From Pseudomonadota bacterium (GTDB taxonomy: Bacteria > Pseudomonadota > Alphaproteobacteria > Rhizobiales > Rhizobiaceae), in assembly GCA_039816825.1 (NCBI GenBank), contig JBCBXA010000005.1:537-64536 (forward strand): a stretch of 64,000 bases of DNA, given 5' to 3'. Under the pieces are notes generated by a model that was not told the origin of the DNA, did no database searches, and saw only the letters and a program-made list of their open reading frames with translations. Shown here piece after piece: positions 48,971-58,468 of this stretch. The number at the start of each line of letters is the position of its first letter. Positions within the stretch are counted from its first letter, which is position 1. A program made the translations under genes and the position numbers.

Positions 48971-49124
48971 CGTCATCCCGGCACTCGTTGCCGGGATCCA
49001 ACCCTCGGGCATGTCGGCGGCGAGGTGAATAGCGGCCTTGGGGCGATTATTCCCGAAGCCGCCGTATTTCGATTTGCGATAGAGTGCAGAGGCACGGATC
49101 CCGGTGACAAGCACCGGGATGACG
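48971..49124. repeat. 154-bp MITE/BIME-like palindromic element
   Basis: 11-bp terminal inverted repeats CGTCATCCCGG (48971..48981) and CCGGGATGACG (49114..49124). Each end also forms its own 9-bp hairpin (48975..48997 and 49098..49120). Confidence 0.5.
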
Positions 49125-49214
49125 GATTGGGATCGCGAACAATATCGTGACCACCTTCAACTTGCGCGGGGTTCTCTATCGGATATGGCATCCTTCAGCT
49201 AACTTGGAGCCACC

Positions 49215-49835
49215 ATGTCCGACACCATCGACTACTATTCCTTCTGCCTTTCGCCCTTCACGCTTTTTGGCCATGACGCGCTGAAAGAAGTGGCTGACAA
49301 GCACGGCAAGACGATCAACTACAAGCCGATGAAACTGTTCTCGGTGTGGGAGAATTCCGAGGCGGTGCCGCCAGCGAAACGCCCGCCCGTCCGCCAGCGC
49401 TACCGCTTTCTGGAACTGCAGCGGATTGCCCTGCAGCGTGGTCTGGAAATCAATCTCAAGCCTGCGTTTTTCCCAACCGATCCAACTTTGGCGGACAATG
49501 CCGCCATTGCCATCGTCGCTGCCGGGCAGGATCCTCACGTTTTCATGGGAGCCGTCGGCCGCGCCGTCTGGTGCGAGGAAAAGAACGTGGCTGAGGAAGC
49601 TGTGGTTCGCGAATGTCTCGAGGCAAACGGATATGACGCGGACGCCATCATCGCCGCCGCCAAGGATCCGGCCTCGGAAGCTAGGCGCGATCAGAACACG
49701 CAGGACTGCGTCGACGCGGATGCCATCGGTGCGCCGGCCTATGTCTATCGGGGTGAAGTGTTCTGGGGTCAGGACCGTGTCGAGATGCTGGACGACATGA
49801 TTGCGTCGGGGCGTGAACCGTTCGGCCAACCTTAG
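49215..49835 (+). CDS. 2-hydroxychromene-2-carboxylate isomerase family (DsbA-like) protein
   Basis: 206 aa. N-terminal 'IDYYSFCLSPFTLFG' and C-terminal 'IGAPAYVYRGEVFWGQDR' are typical of this thioredoxin-fold family. Confidence 0.7.
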   Translation: MSDTIDYYSFCLSPFTLFGHDALKEVADKHGKTINYKPMKLFSVWENSEAVPPAKRPPVRQRYRFLELQRIALQRGLEINLKPAFFPTDPTLADNAAIAIVAAGQDPHVFMGAVGRAVWCEEKNVAEEAVVRECLEANGYDADAIIAAAKDPASEARRDQNTQDCVDADAIGAPAYVYRGEVFWGQDRVEMLDDMIASGREPFGQP

Positions 49836-49918
49836 GCCGGTTCCTCGCAATGCCGCCGTTTGATGCTTAGGCGGTGGTTTTGGGTGTCTGGGGCGATCTA
49901 GCGCCTATATGCACCTTC

Positions 49919-50935
49919 ATGCCCATCGCGCCTGAACACTTGCTGCGCCCGGAGCCTGCGGGTCTCTACTGCCCGCCGGGTGATTTTTACATCGACCCTG
50001 TGCGGCCGGTGGAGCGGGCTTTGGTGACTCACGGTCACGCCGACCATGCCCGCCCCGGCCATCATTCTGTTATGGCCACCGACCAGACCCTCAAGATCAT
50101 GGGTATTCGCTACGGCGAGGGTCATGCAGCCAATACCCAGCCGATGGAATGGGGCGAAGTGCAGCGAATAGGGGATGTGGACGTCACGTTCCATCCGGCG
50201 GGTCACGTGCTCGGTTCGGCTCAGATCTGTGTGGAGTGGAAAGGCCTGCGCATTGTCGCCTCGGGTGACTACAAGGTTCGCCCCGACCCGACCTGTCAGC
50301 CCTACGAACCCGTGCTGTGCCATGTGTTCATCACGGAGGCCACCTTTGGATTGCCCGTGTTCAACCACCCTCCTGCAGCAGATGAGGTGGCGAAGCTTCT
50401 CGTTTCACTCAAGCAGTTTCCGGAGCGGGCGCACCTGGTTGGTGCGTATGCGCTGGGCAAAGCCCAACGCATCATTCGCCTGCTGCGGGACGCTGGTTAT
50501 CACGAGCCGATCTACATTCACGGTGCGATGAAGAAGCTTTGCGATTTCTATGCCGCTGAAGGTATTGAACTTGGCGAATTGCGGTCAGCCACCATTGAAC
50601 GTGGCAAGAAGGATGAGTTTGCCGGAGAAGTGATCGTCGCGCCGCCGTCCGCCTTTGCCGACAAATGGGGTCGCCGTTTCCCCGATCCTCTGGCGGTTTT
50701 CTGCTCAGGCTGGATGATGGTTCGCCAGCGCGCCAAGCAGCGTGGCGTCGAACTTCCGCTTGTCATTTCAGACCACTGCGACTGGACGGAGCTGACAGAG
50801 ACCATTGCGCATCTGCAACCCGAGCAGGTTTGGGTCACCCACGGGCGGGAAGAGGCCCTCGTGCGTTGGTGTGAGCTCGAAGGCATCGCCGCAAAACCGC
50901 TCAATCTAGTTGGCTATGATGATGAGAGCGAATAG
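49919..50935 (+). CDS. Ligase-associated DNA damage response exonuclease (MBL / beta-CASP fold)
   Basis: 'VTHGHADHARPGH' metallo-beta-lactamase motif, 338 aa from 'MPIAPEHLL'. Same strand as the ATP-dependent ligase 1.3 kb downstream. Confidence 0.8.
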   Translation: MPIAPEHLLRPEPAGLYCPPGDFYIDPVRPVERALVTHGHADHARPGHHSVMATDQTLKIMGIRYGEGHAANTQPMEWGEVQRIGDVDVTFHPAGHVLGSAQICVEWKGLRIVASGDYKVRPDPTCQPYEPVLCHVFITEATFGLPVFNHPPAADEVAKLLVSLKQFPERAHLVGAYALGKAQRIIRLLRDAGYHEPIYIHGAMKKLCDFYAAEGIELGELRSATIERGKKDEFAGEVIVAPPSAFADKWGRRFPDPLAVFCSGWMMVRQRAKQRGVELPLVISDHCDWTELTETIAHLQPEQVWVTHGREEALVRWCELEGIAAKPLNLVGYDDESE

Positions 50936-50985
50936 ACCCCGCTCACATCGTTTCGACACATCCCGACTCTCTTGGATGGCCCTCC

Positions 50986-51843
50986 ATGTTTCCCAACTCC
51001 TCATCCGATAACTCACAGCCCCGCCCCGAAGAATTTGAGGGCAGTGGCTTGAGAGCTCGCCTCCGCCGGTTCCTGACCAGCCGCCGATTCGAGGTGTTCA
51101 TCACCGCCGTCATCGCCATCAACGCCATCACTTTGGGCATGGAGACGTCCGCCACCATTATGGGCGCTATTGGCCCGGCTCTCATGGCGTTCGACAAGTT
51201 CGTCCTCGGCATCTTTGTCGTCGAGATCCTGCTCAAACTTTACGCCTTCGGCTGGCGCTTCTTCCGCTCAGGATGGAACTGGTTCGATCTGGTGATTGTC
51301 ACCATCTCGCTCATGCCAGCGTCGGGCGCACTGTCCGTCCTCCGCGCGCTGCGCATTCTGCGTGTTCTGCGGCTTATCTCGGTGGTGCCTGCTCTGCGGC
51401 GGGTTGTGGGCGCATTGGTGGAAGCGCTGCCGGGCATGGGCTCGATCATCGTCCTGATGGGTTTGGTTTTCTACGTCTTCGCCGTCATGAGCACCAAGCT
51501 TTTCGGCCCGACATTCCCGGAGTGGTTCGGTTCGGTGGGCGCGTCGGCCTATTCGCTCTTCCAGATCATGACGCTCGAAAGCTGGTCCATGGGCATCGTG
51601 CGTCCGGTGATGGAGGCCTTCCCGTGGGCTTGGGCATTTTTCGTGCCCTTCATTCTTTCGACTTCCTTTGTGGTGCTGAACCTGTTCATCGGTATCATTG
51701 TCTCTGCCATGCAGGCGGAGCACGATGCCGAAGCCAACGAGGGGCGCGAAGCGTTGAAAGACCAGAACACACTAATCTTGGAGGAGATACAGTCGCTGCG
51801 CACGGAGCTCCACCAGATTAAGCAGGAACGTGGCGATGCTTGA
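50986..51843 (+). CDS. Bacterial voltage-gated sodium channel (BacNaV / NaChBac family)
   Basis: 6-TM layout. S4 'LRALRILRVLRLISVVPALRR' with Arg every third residue. Selectivity filter 'TLESWSMG'. C-terminal coiled coil 'LILEEIQSLRTELHQIK'. Confidence 0.85.
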   Translation: MFPNSSSDNSQPRPEEFEGSGLRARLRRFLTSRRFEVFITAVIAINAITLGMETSATIMGAIGPALMAFDKFVLGIFVVEILLKLYAFGWRFFRSGWNWFDLVIVTISLMPASGALSVLRALRILRVLRLISVVPALRRVVGALVEALPGMGSIIVLMGLVFYVFAVMSTKLFGPTFPEWFGSVGASAYSLFQIMTLESWSMGIVRPVMEAFPWAWAFFVPFILSTSFVVLNLFIGIIVSAMQAEHDAEANEGREALKDQNTLILEEIQSLRTELHQIKQERGDA

Positions 51844-52240
51844 AGGTGGGTGCCGCTGCGGCGCTGTTCGCTTCTCGGTACCCGGCCGGGTGATGTTCCA
51901 GCTGCTCTGCCAGTGCACGCGCTGTCAGGACATGACCGGCGCCGGGCACGCGCCCATCATGGTCTGCAAGAATGATGGCTTTGCCGTCGAAGGCGAGCTG
52001 GAAACTTATGCCTATACGGCGGCATCCGGAAACACTGTCACGCATCACTTTTGCAGGCAGTGCGGTTCGCCACTGTTCAACCGAAACAGCCAGTTTGTGA
52101 ACGCGGTCTACGTGATTGCTGGCGCACTGGATGATCCAGGTGTCTTTCAGCCTCAGCGCGTTATTTTTACCGCTGATGCTCAGCCATGGGACGCGGTGCC
52201 GGATCATTTGCCAAGCTTCCAAGGCATGCCAACTCGCTAG
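51836..52240 (+). CDS. GFA-family (glutathione-dependent formaldehyde-activating / CENP-V-like) zinc protein
   Basis: 'GGCRCGAVRF', 'CQCTRCQ', 'FCRQCGSPLF' Cys clusters. The ATG at 51836 overlaps the channel gene stop by 8 nt. Confidence 0.75.
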   Translation: MLEGGCRCGAVRFSVPGRVMFQLLCQCTRCQDMTGAGHAPIMVCKNDGFAVEGELETYAYTAASGNTVTHHFCRQCGSPLFNRNSQFVNAVYVIAGALDDPGVFQPQRVIFTADAQPWDAVPDHLPSFQGMPTR

Positions 52241-52288
52241 GCCAAAACGCTGGGCCACAATCGGTTTTGCACTATATCGGCAGCCATT

Positions 52289-53899
52289 ATGCAGGCCTTT
52301 GCCAACCTTCTTGATCGCCTTTTGCTGACGCCGTCGCGTAACGGCAAACTGCGCTTGCTGGAGGACTATTTTCGCGATCAGCCCGACCCGATCCGCGGCT
52401 ATGGGTTGGCTGCCATCACGCGCGATCTCGACATTCGATCCGTCAAGCCAGCCATGCTTCGGGCGCTTGTGGAGGAACGTATGGACCCGATCCTGTTCGG
52501 CTACAGCTATGATTATGTGGGTGACATGGCGGAGACGATTGCGCTGACGTGGCCAGCTGAATTCACCGGCATCAACGAGCTCCTGCGACTGGATGATGTG
52601 GTGCATCAGCTGAACGAAGCGTCCCGCGCGACCGGGCCCAAGCTGTTGGAAGGGTGGCTGCACCGGCTCGATGCATCGGGCCGGTATGCACTGATCAAGC
52701 TGGTGACAGGCGGCCTGCGCATCGGAGTGTCGAGCCGACTGGCGAAGCAGGCATTGGCCAATTTTGGCGGTGTAGACGTCAACGAGATCGAGGAACTCTG
52801 GCACGGGCTGGAGCCGCCTTATCTTCCGCTTTTCGACTGGTTGGAGGGGCGGACGGACAAACCCCAGAACCTGGCTGCGGCTCCCTTCAGGCCTGTCATG
52901 CTGGCGACCAGCTTCGAGGAGCCCGACCACGCCCGCTACGAACCCGCTGATTATATGGCGGAATGGAAGTGGGACGGTATCCGTGTCCAAGTAGCGTCGG
53001 AACGCGGCGTGCGGCGGCTCTATTCGCGCACCGGCGATGACATCTCAGGCACATTCCCTGACCTTCTCGAGGCGATGGATTTCGAAGGCACTCTGGACGG
53101 TGAGTTGCTCGTGCGAAAGCCTCTCGATCTGGAGCCGGACGCAAGGATCGAAGTGGCGACCTTTTCGGACTTGCAGCAGCGGCTGAACCGCAAAACCGTT
53201 TCCAAAAAGCTTCTGGTCAGTCACCCGGCGTTCATTCGTGCCTATGACCTGTTGTTTGATGGTGCCGAGGATCTCCGAACACTTCCGTTCGAGGATCGGC
53301 AGAGGCGCCTGACTGCGTTCATGCAGGACCTCGATCCATCGCGCTTCGACCAGTCTGAGCAGTTGACCTTCGACAGTTGGGACGACCTTGCCCGGCACCG
53401 GGCCGACCCACCGTCACCTGTCATTGAGGGCGTCATGATCAAGCGGCGCGGCGCTCCCTACGTGCCCAACAGGCCCAAGGGTGAGTGGTTTAAATGGAAG
53501 CGCGATCCCATGCTCATTGATGCCGTGCTGATGTACGCGCAGCGCGGCCATGGCAAGCGGTCCAGCTTCTATTCCGACTACACGTTTGGCGTCTGGAAAG
53601 ACGAAGGCCTTGTGCCCGTTGGCAAAGCCTATTTCGGCTTCACCGACGAAGAATTGAAACAGATCGACAAATATGTGCGGGACAATACGGTCGACCGCTT
53701 CGGGCCCATGCGGGCCGTGAAAGCGACCCGTGATCAGGGTCTGGTGTTGGAGGTGGCGTTCGAAGGTTTGCAGCGATCCAAGCGCCATAAGTCCGGTGTG
53801 GCGATGCGGTTTCCGCGTATCAGCCGGTTGCGCTGGGACAAACCGGCCCATGAGGCTGACACGATTGAAAACGTGGAAGCCTTGTTGCCGCCCGAGTGA
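52289..53899 (+). CDS. ATP-dependent DNA ligase (ligase-associated damage response type)
   Basis: 536 aa. Adenylation motif I 'EWKWDGIR' (KxDG), 'EGVMIK' (motif IV-like), OB-fold C-terminus 'LRFPRISRLRWDK'. Confidence 0.85.
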   Translation: MQAFANLLDRLLLTPSRNGKLRLLEDYFRDQPDPIRGYGLAAITRDLDIRSVKPAMLRALVEERMDPILFGYSYDYVGDMAETIALTWPAEFTGINELLRLDDVVHQLNEASRATGPKLLEGWLHRLDASGRYALIKLVTGGLRIGVSSRLAKQALANFGGVDVNEIEELWHGLEPPYLPLFDWLEGRTDKPQNLAAAPFRPVMLATSFEEPDHARYEPADYMAEWKWDGIRVQVASERGVRRLYSRTGDDISGTFPDLLEAMDFEGTLDGELLVRKPLDLEPDARIEVATFSDLQQRLNRKTVSKKLLVSHPAFIRAYDLLFDGAEDLRTLPFEDRQRRLTAFMQDLDPSRFDQSEQLTFDSWDDLARHRADPPSPVIEGVMIKRRGAPYVPNRPKGEWFKWKRDPMLIDAVLMYAQRGHGKRSSFYSDYTFGVWKDEGLVPVGKAYFGFTDEELKQIDKYVRDNTVDRFGPMRAVKATRDQGLVLEVAFEGLQRSKRHKSGVAMRFPRISRLRWDKPAHEADTIENVEALLPPE

Positions 53900-53942
53900 G
53901 AGCTTACGTCTTCTGCGACGTGACCAACTGGGCTCTTGCCAA

Positions 53943-54218
53943 ATGCAACAACGATCCACCCTCAGCCGATTTCTTGGTGGCAGCCCCGTGGCTGTGGTCG
54001 TCAAGCTGGCCCTTATCTCACTGCTTGTCGGTGGTGTGATGGCGGCCATGGGTTGGCAGCCCATCGATATCGTCTATGCGATCATCGATTTCGTTCGAGG
54101 TATTTGGAACCTTGGCTTTGGCGCCGTGCAGGCCTTTGGCGAATATCTGTTGCTGGGTGCCGTGGTCGTGGTTCCACTCTTCATATTGATGCGCCTTGTG
54201 TCCTGGCGCAGTCGCTAG
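53943..54218 (+). CDS. Small two-TM membrane protein (DUF6460-like)
   Basis: 91 aa 'MQQRSTLSRFLGGSPVAVVVKLALISLLVGGVMAAMGW...LLLGAVVVVPLFILMRL'. The family assignment is from memory only. Confidence 0.5.
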   Translation: MQQRSTLSRFLGGSPVAVVVKLALISLLVGGVMAAMGWQPIDIVYAIIDFVRGIWNLGFGAVQAFGEYLLLGAVVVVPLFILMRLVSWRSR

Positions 54219-54221
54219 CCT

Positions 54222-54536
54222 TTACTCTGCTTCTTGCCGCCTTTGAGCCTCTTCCTCCACGTCCTTCATGATGTCGAAGAACCGGCGTATCGCGAACTCA
54301 CCCAGATCAATGGCTTCGTCCAACTCCTGCTTCTGCTCGGTGAAGGTGCGGGACAGTTGTTGAGGCGGCGACTGTTCCAGGACCCGAAGGCGGTCTTCCA
54401 GCGCTTCCACCCGTGCTTCAAGGCTGGCTATCTGCCGCTTCATCAGTGCTGTTTCGTCTGACTGGGCCAGAGCAGGATTTGCTGTCAGTGCCAGAACGGC
54501 GCCCGCAACAAGCGACTTGGTGTTGAGCAATGCCAT
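54222..54536 (-). CDS. Secreted coiled-coil hypothetical protein
   Basis: Signal peptide 'MALLNTKSLVAGAVLALTANPALA', then heptad-like 'LMKRQIASLEARVEALEDRLRVLEQ'. 104 aa. Confidence 0.5.
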   Translation of the reverse strand: MALLNTKSLVAGAVLALTANPALAQSDETALMKRQIASLEARVEALEDRLRVLEQSPPQQLSRTFTEQKQELDEAIDLGEFAIRRFFDIMKDVEEEAQRRQEAE

Positions 54537-54628
54537 GATTTGCTTGGTTCTCCTTGGGTTTGCGTGACACGAACCATGTCACCGGTTTAAGGCGAGGACG
54601 TGAACATCTCCATCTTGGGAAGTCGCCA

Positions 54629-54973
54629 ATGGCCCTGATCTACAAATTGAGCCCCCGCAAAGAATGGGAGGTCGTTGAAGCGGAAGGCGTTTTCACCGGC
54701 GCCCCGGTGGACGTGGCCGATGGCTTTATACATTTCTCGACAGCTGAGACGGTCGACGAGACAGCGAACAAATGGTTCGCGGATGTCGAGGATGTATTGC
54801 TCATTTCGGTGGAGACAGACCGGCTCGACCAAGCAAAGCTCAAGTACGAGCCATCCCGCGGTGGAGCGCTGTTCCCCCATCTGTACGCGCCCATGCCCAT
54901 GGATGCCGTGGTTGGCGTCAATGATCTCCCGAAAACCACCCACGGCTTCGACTTCACGGGCTTGCTTGACTGA
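54629..54973 (+). CDS. DUF952 family protein
   Basis: 114 aa. 'DGFIHFSTAETV' and 'GGALFPHLYAPM' motifs. Stop overlaps the pyrD start (TGATG). Confidence 0.7.
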   Translation: MALIYKLSPRKEWEVVEAEGVFTGAPVDVADGFIHFSTAETVDETANKWFADVEDVLLISVETDRLDQAKLKYEPSRGGALFPHLYAPMPMDAVVGVNDLPKTTHGFDFTGLLD

Positions 54974-56079
54974 TGCTGCGTCGCCTTGAAGCCTACACCC
55001 GCAAGGCCCTGTTCGGCGTTGATGCCGAGACGGCCCATGACCTTACAATCAAGGCCATGCGGGCAGGGATTGTGCTTCCCGCACCACGTATGGATGACCC
55101 GCGGCTGGTGGTGGAGAAAGCGGGGCTTCGCTTTGCCAATCCGCTGGGCATTGCAGCAGGCTTTGACAAGAATGCCGAGGTCACGGACGCCGCCCTGCGC
55201 ATGGGCTTTGGCTTTCACGAAGTCGGCACTGTGACGCCCAAACCCCAGGCCGGAAATCCAAAGCCCCGCGTTTTCCGACTGGTGGAGCATAAGGCAGTCA
55301 TCAACAGGTTGGGCTTCAACAATCAGGGCGCCAATGCCGCTTTGGATCGCCTGCGGGACCGTGCTCACAAGCCTGGCCTTGTCGGGGTCAACATTGGCGC
55401 CAACAAGGACAGTGAAGATCGCATTGCGGACTACGCTTCCGGTATAACCCGCTTCTACCCCGTAGCTGGTTATTTCACGGTCAATGTGTCGTCTCCGAAC
55501 ACGCCTGGCCTGCGCAACCTGCAGGCTGGCGACGAACTTCGGCGCCTTATTGATGCCGTGCTTTCCGCACGAGCCGATGCGAAGGCGCAGGATGGTCGGA
55601 CGGTCCCCATCCTCCTCAAGATTGCGCCTGACATGAATCTTGCCCAGCTCGAACAGACTGTGGCTGTGGTCAAGGTGTCGGGCCTCGAAGGCATGGTGGT
55701 TTCCAACACAACGCTGGACCGAAGCAAGGTTGCAGGACATCGCAATGCCGCCGAAGCGGGTGGCTTGTCCGGCGCGCCCTTGTTCGAGCACGCCACCCAA
55801 ATGCTGGCCCATACCCGCCGCCTGCTCGGCCCGGACGCGCTGCTTATCGGGGTCGGTGGGGTCACGAGCCCAAAGACGGCTCTTCAGAAGCTCGAAGCGG
55901 GAGCGGATGTGGTTCAGGTCTATAGCGGGCTTGTTTACGCCGGGCCCCAACTGCCCATTCAAGTGGCCCGCGCGATGGTGAAGCGATGCGATGCTGCCGG
56001 CTTGCGATCGGTTTCCGAGATTTCGAGCATTCGCAATGATGAGTGGTGCGCCAGACCTCTTCCCAATGCCGCCAGATGA
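54973..56079 (+). CDS. pyrD: Quinone-dependent dihydroorotate dehydrogenase (class 2)
   Basis: 'NPLGIAAGFDKN', 'GFHEVGTVTP', 'VNVSSPNTPGLR', 'GGVTSP' motifs. 368 aa. Confidence 0.9.
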   Translation: MLRRLEAYTRKALFGVDAETAHDLTIKAMRAGIVLPAPRMDDPRLVVEKAGLRFANPLGIAAGFDKNAEVTDAALRMGFGFHEVGTVTPKPQAGNPKPRVFRLVEHKAVINRLGFNNQGANAALDRLRDRAHKPGLVGVNIGANKDSEDRIADYASGITRFYPVAGYFTVNVSSPNTPGLRNLQAGDELRRLIDAVLSARADAKAQDGRTVPILLKIAPDMNLAQLEQTVAVVKVSGLEGMVVSNTTLDRSKVAGHRNAAEAGGLSGAPLFEHATQMLAHTRRLLGPDALLIGVGGVTSPKTALQKLEAGADVVQVYSGLVYAGPQLPIQVARAMVKRCDAAGLRSVSEISSIRNDEWCARPLPNAAR

Positions 56080-56092
56080 ACGGGTCCTGACC

Positions 56093-57442
56093 CTAAAAGG
56101 CAGAGGCGATCTTGCGGGGCAGGGCGGCACATAGCGTGATGCCCCGGGCACCCAGAAAGATGTTCAGTGCGAGCCAAAGGGCATGGTTGCTTTGCAGCCA
56201 GACAGCGCCTCCGACGGCGGCAAGGTAGAGCGCGAAGCTCACAAGCATCCAGTTGCGCATTTCACGCCCCCAACTGGCACCAATATAGACCCCATCCATC
56301 TGAAACGCGACGAAGCCAAAAATCGGCGTCAGCGCCGCCCAAAGAATGTAGATGCGGGCTTCGTGTCTTACGGCTTCGTCCACGACCAGAAGATCGATGA
56401 AGGGTCCGTGAACCAGCATGTAGAGTGCGAAGAGTGCAACGGCGAACAGCCCGGCGCACACCATGCAAAGGCGCACCGTCCGCTTGAACCCCCGGCGGTC
56501 ACGCGCTCCAAGGCTTTGGCCCACCATTTGCTCCGCAGCCGTCGCCAGTCCGTCCAGCAGATAGCCTGACAGCAGGAACACCTGCATCAGCACCGCGTTG
56601 GCGGCGAGAGTCACCTCTCCAAAGCCGGTGCCCACGCGGGTGAAGATCACAAACGCGAACAGCAGGCAGAAGGAACGGATGGTGATGTCTCGATTCAGAG
56701 CAAAGAACTTGCCAATCGCTGCCCGATCGAGCAGGCGGGCGCGGCTGGGCAAAGGCCTGTTCCTGCGCGATCTCCACCAGATCCAGAGGCCCGTCAACGT
56801 AGCCAGCGTTTCCCCGATCAAGGTCGCGGCTGCAATGCCGGCAATGCCGTATCCAAGGGTCAGGCCCAACAGAACCGAGAACACCATGTTCGTTCCGTTG
56901 AGCAGAAGTTGGATGCCCAGCACGGTGCGGCTGTGACCGAGACCCAAAAAGTGCCCCGTGATGACGTAAACGGACAACGCCATGGGGGAGGCGAGCACTC
57001 GGACCATGAAGTAAGTTGAGATCGCCTCTGCCAAAGGCCCTTCGGCGTTGAAAAACCAGAGTCCTAGCCAAAGCAGCGCCGGTGCCAGCGCTATCGTTGC
57101 CACACCGCCGATACATGCCACCGCCAGCGCCCGCAGGAAGACGGCGTCGAGTTCCTCATCGGCTCGTGCTCCAAACGCTTGCGCCGTAAGGCCGACGACG
57201 GATGAGCGCAGGAAATTGAAGGCTGTGAACACCAGATCGAAGAGGATGGCGCCAATGGCGAGGCCGCCCAGTATCACCACATCATCGAGCCGACCCGCGA
57301 CACCGGTGTCCACAAGCCCCAGCAGGGGCGTAGACGCGTAGGCGATGGTCATCGGAACGGCGATGCTGAAAACGCGGATCAGGGTCACGTCGACCCTCCG
57401 CGTATCGCTTTCTGATTTTCCCGATGTTTCGCCGCGGGCCAT
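56093..57442 (-). CDS. MATE-family efflux transporter
   Basis: 449 aa, 12 TM, N-terminal 'PMTIAYASTPLLGLVDTGVAG' pattern typical of MATE/NorM-like proteins. Confidence 0.8.
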   Translation of the reverse strand: MARGETSGKSESDTRRVDVTLIRVFSIAVPMTIAYASTPLLGLVDTGVAGRLDDVVILGGLAIGAILFDLVFTAFNFLRSSVVGLTAQAFGARADEELDAVFLRALAVACIGGVATIALAPALLWLGLWFFNAEGPLAEAISTYFMVRVLASPMALSVYVITGHFLGLGHSRTVLGIQLLLNGTNMVFSVLLGLTLGYGIAGIAAATLIGETLATLTGLWIWWRSRRNRPLPSRARLLDRAAIGKFFALNRDITIRSFCLLFAFVIFTRVGTGFGEVTLAANAVLMQVFLLSGYLLDGLATAAEQMVGQSLGARDRRGFKRTVRLCMVCAGLFAVALFALYMLVHGPFIDLLVVDEAVRHEARIYILWAALTPIFGFVAFQMDGVYIGASWGREMRNWMLVSFALYLAAVGGAVWLQSNHALWLALNIFLGARGITLCAALPRKIASAF

Positions 57443-57545
57443 CGCGCATCTCTAACCGACGCCGCTCGTTGCACAAGGCGGCTGGATCAAGTCGGCCGGA
57501 TCAGGGCGATTGGGTATTGATGATCAAAGCCCTATGTGGCTCGCA

Positions 57546-58463
57546 ATGCCCGACTTACCCATCGTCCATCACCCTGACTATGAAGCCTCGGACTTTCCGC
57601 AGAGCCACCGCTTTCCCATGGCGAAATTCCGACTGCTTCCCGAGGTGCTGATGCGGGAGGGTCTGGCGGCTCCCGGCACCTTCCTGTTGCCCGAGCCCGC
57701 CACGCCGGAGATGCTCTATCGCGTGCATGATCCGGCCTATGTGGATGCTGTCATGAGCGCGTCAGTGTCGCGCGATGTCGAACGCATGATTGGCCTCCCC
57801 ATGACACCCAGCGTGGGTTTGCGCGGGGCCACCGCCACGGGCGGCACAGTGTTGGCCGCCGTCCTGGCCATGGAACACGGGCTCGCATGCAACACGGCCG
57901 GTGGCAGCCATCATGCCGGGCGCAAGCATGGAGCCGGCTTCTGCGTCTTCAATGATGTCGCTGTGGCCGTGGCCGATCTTCTGGCCAGAGGCGTTGCGCA
58001 AAGAGTGCTGGTGTTCGATTGCGATGTTCATCAGGGCGATGGCACCGCTGACATTTTTCGAACGGATCCAAGGGTCGTCACCGTTTCTCTGCACGGTGAG
58101 AACAATTATCCAGCCCTTAAACAGAACTCGGTCCTGGACGTACCGCTGGCCGATGGTTTGGATGATGCCGATTACATGTCGGTGCTCAGACAAACGCTGA
58201 AGACGGCAGACCGGCTGGGGCCGTACGATCTGGTCTTCTACAATGCTGGCGTGGATCCCCATGCCGAAGATCTGTTGGGTCGGCTGGCCCTTACCGATGA
58301 TGGCCTTGCCGAGCGCGACCGAACCGTTATTCGGCATTTCCGGGGGCAGGGTCTACCCGTATGCGGTGTCATTGGAGGCGGTTACATGAAAGACCACCTC
58401 GCCGTCGCCCGCAGGCACGCTATCTTGCACCGGGTTGCAGCTCAGTTCTTGCAGGAAAGATAG
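57546..58463 (+). CDS. Histone deacetylase-family (acetylpolyamine/acetoin-type) hydrolase
   Basis: 'GGSHHAGRKHGAGFCVFNDVAVA', 'DCDVHQGDGT' metal and active-site motifs. Start chosen at 'MPDLPIVHHPDY'. Confidence 0.8.
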   Translation: MPDLPIVHHPDYEASDFPQSHRFPMAKFRLLPEVLMREGLAAPGTFLLPEPATPEMLYRVHDPAYVDAVMSASVSRDVERMIGLPMTPSVGLRGATATGGTVLAAVLAMEHGLACNTAGGSHHAGRKHGAGFCVFNDVAVAVADLLARGVAQRVLVFDCDVHQGDGTADIFRTDPRVVTVSLHGENNYPALKQNSVLDVPLADGLDDADYMSVLRQTLKTADRLGPYDLVFYNAGVDPHAEDLLGRLALTDDGLAERDRTVIRHFRGQGLPVCGVIGGGYMKDHLAVARRHAILHRVAAQFLQER

Positions 58464-58468
58464 CGCCT

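Noticed and set aside
48973-49191. 72-aa minus-strand ORF downstream of the FadB-like gene.
   Set aside because: It is generated entirely by the palindromic repeat element 48971..49124.
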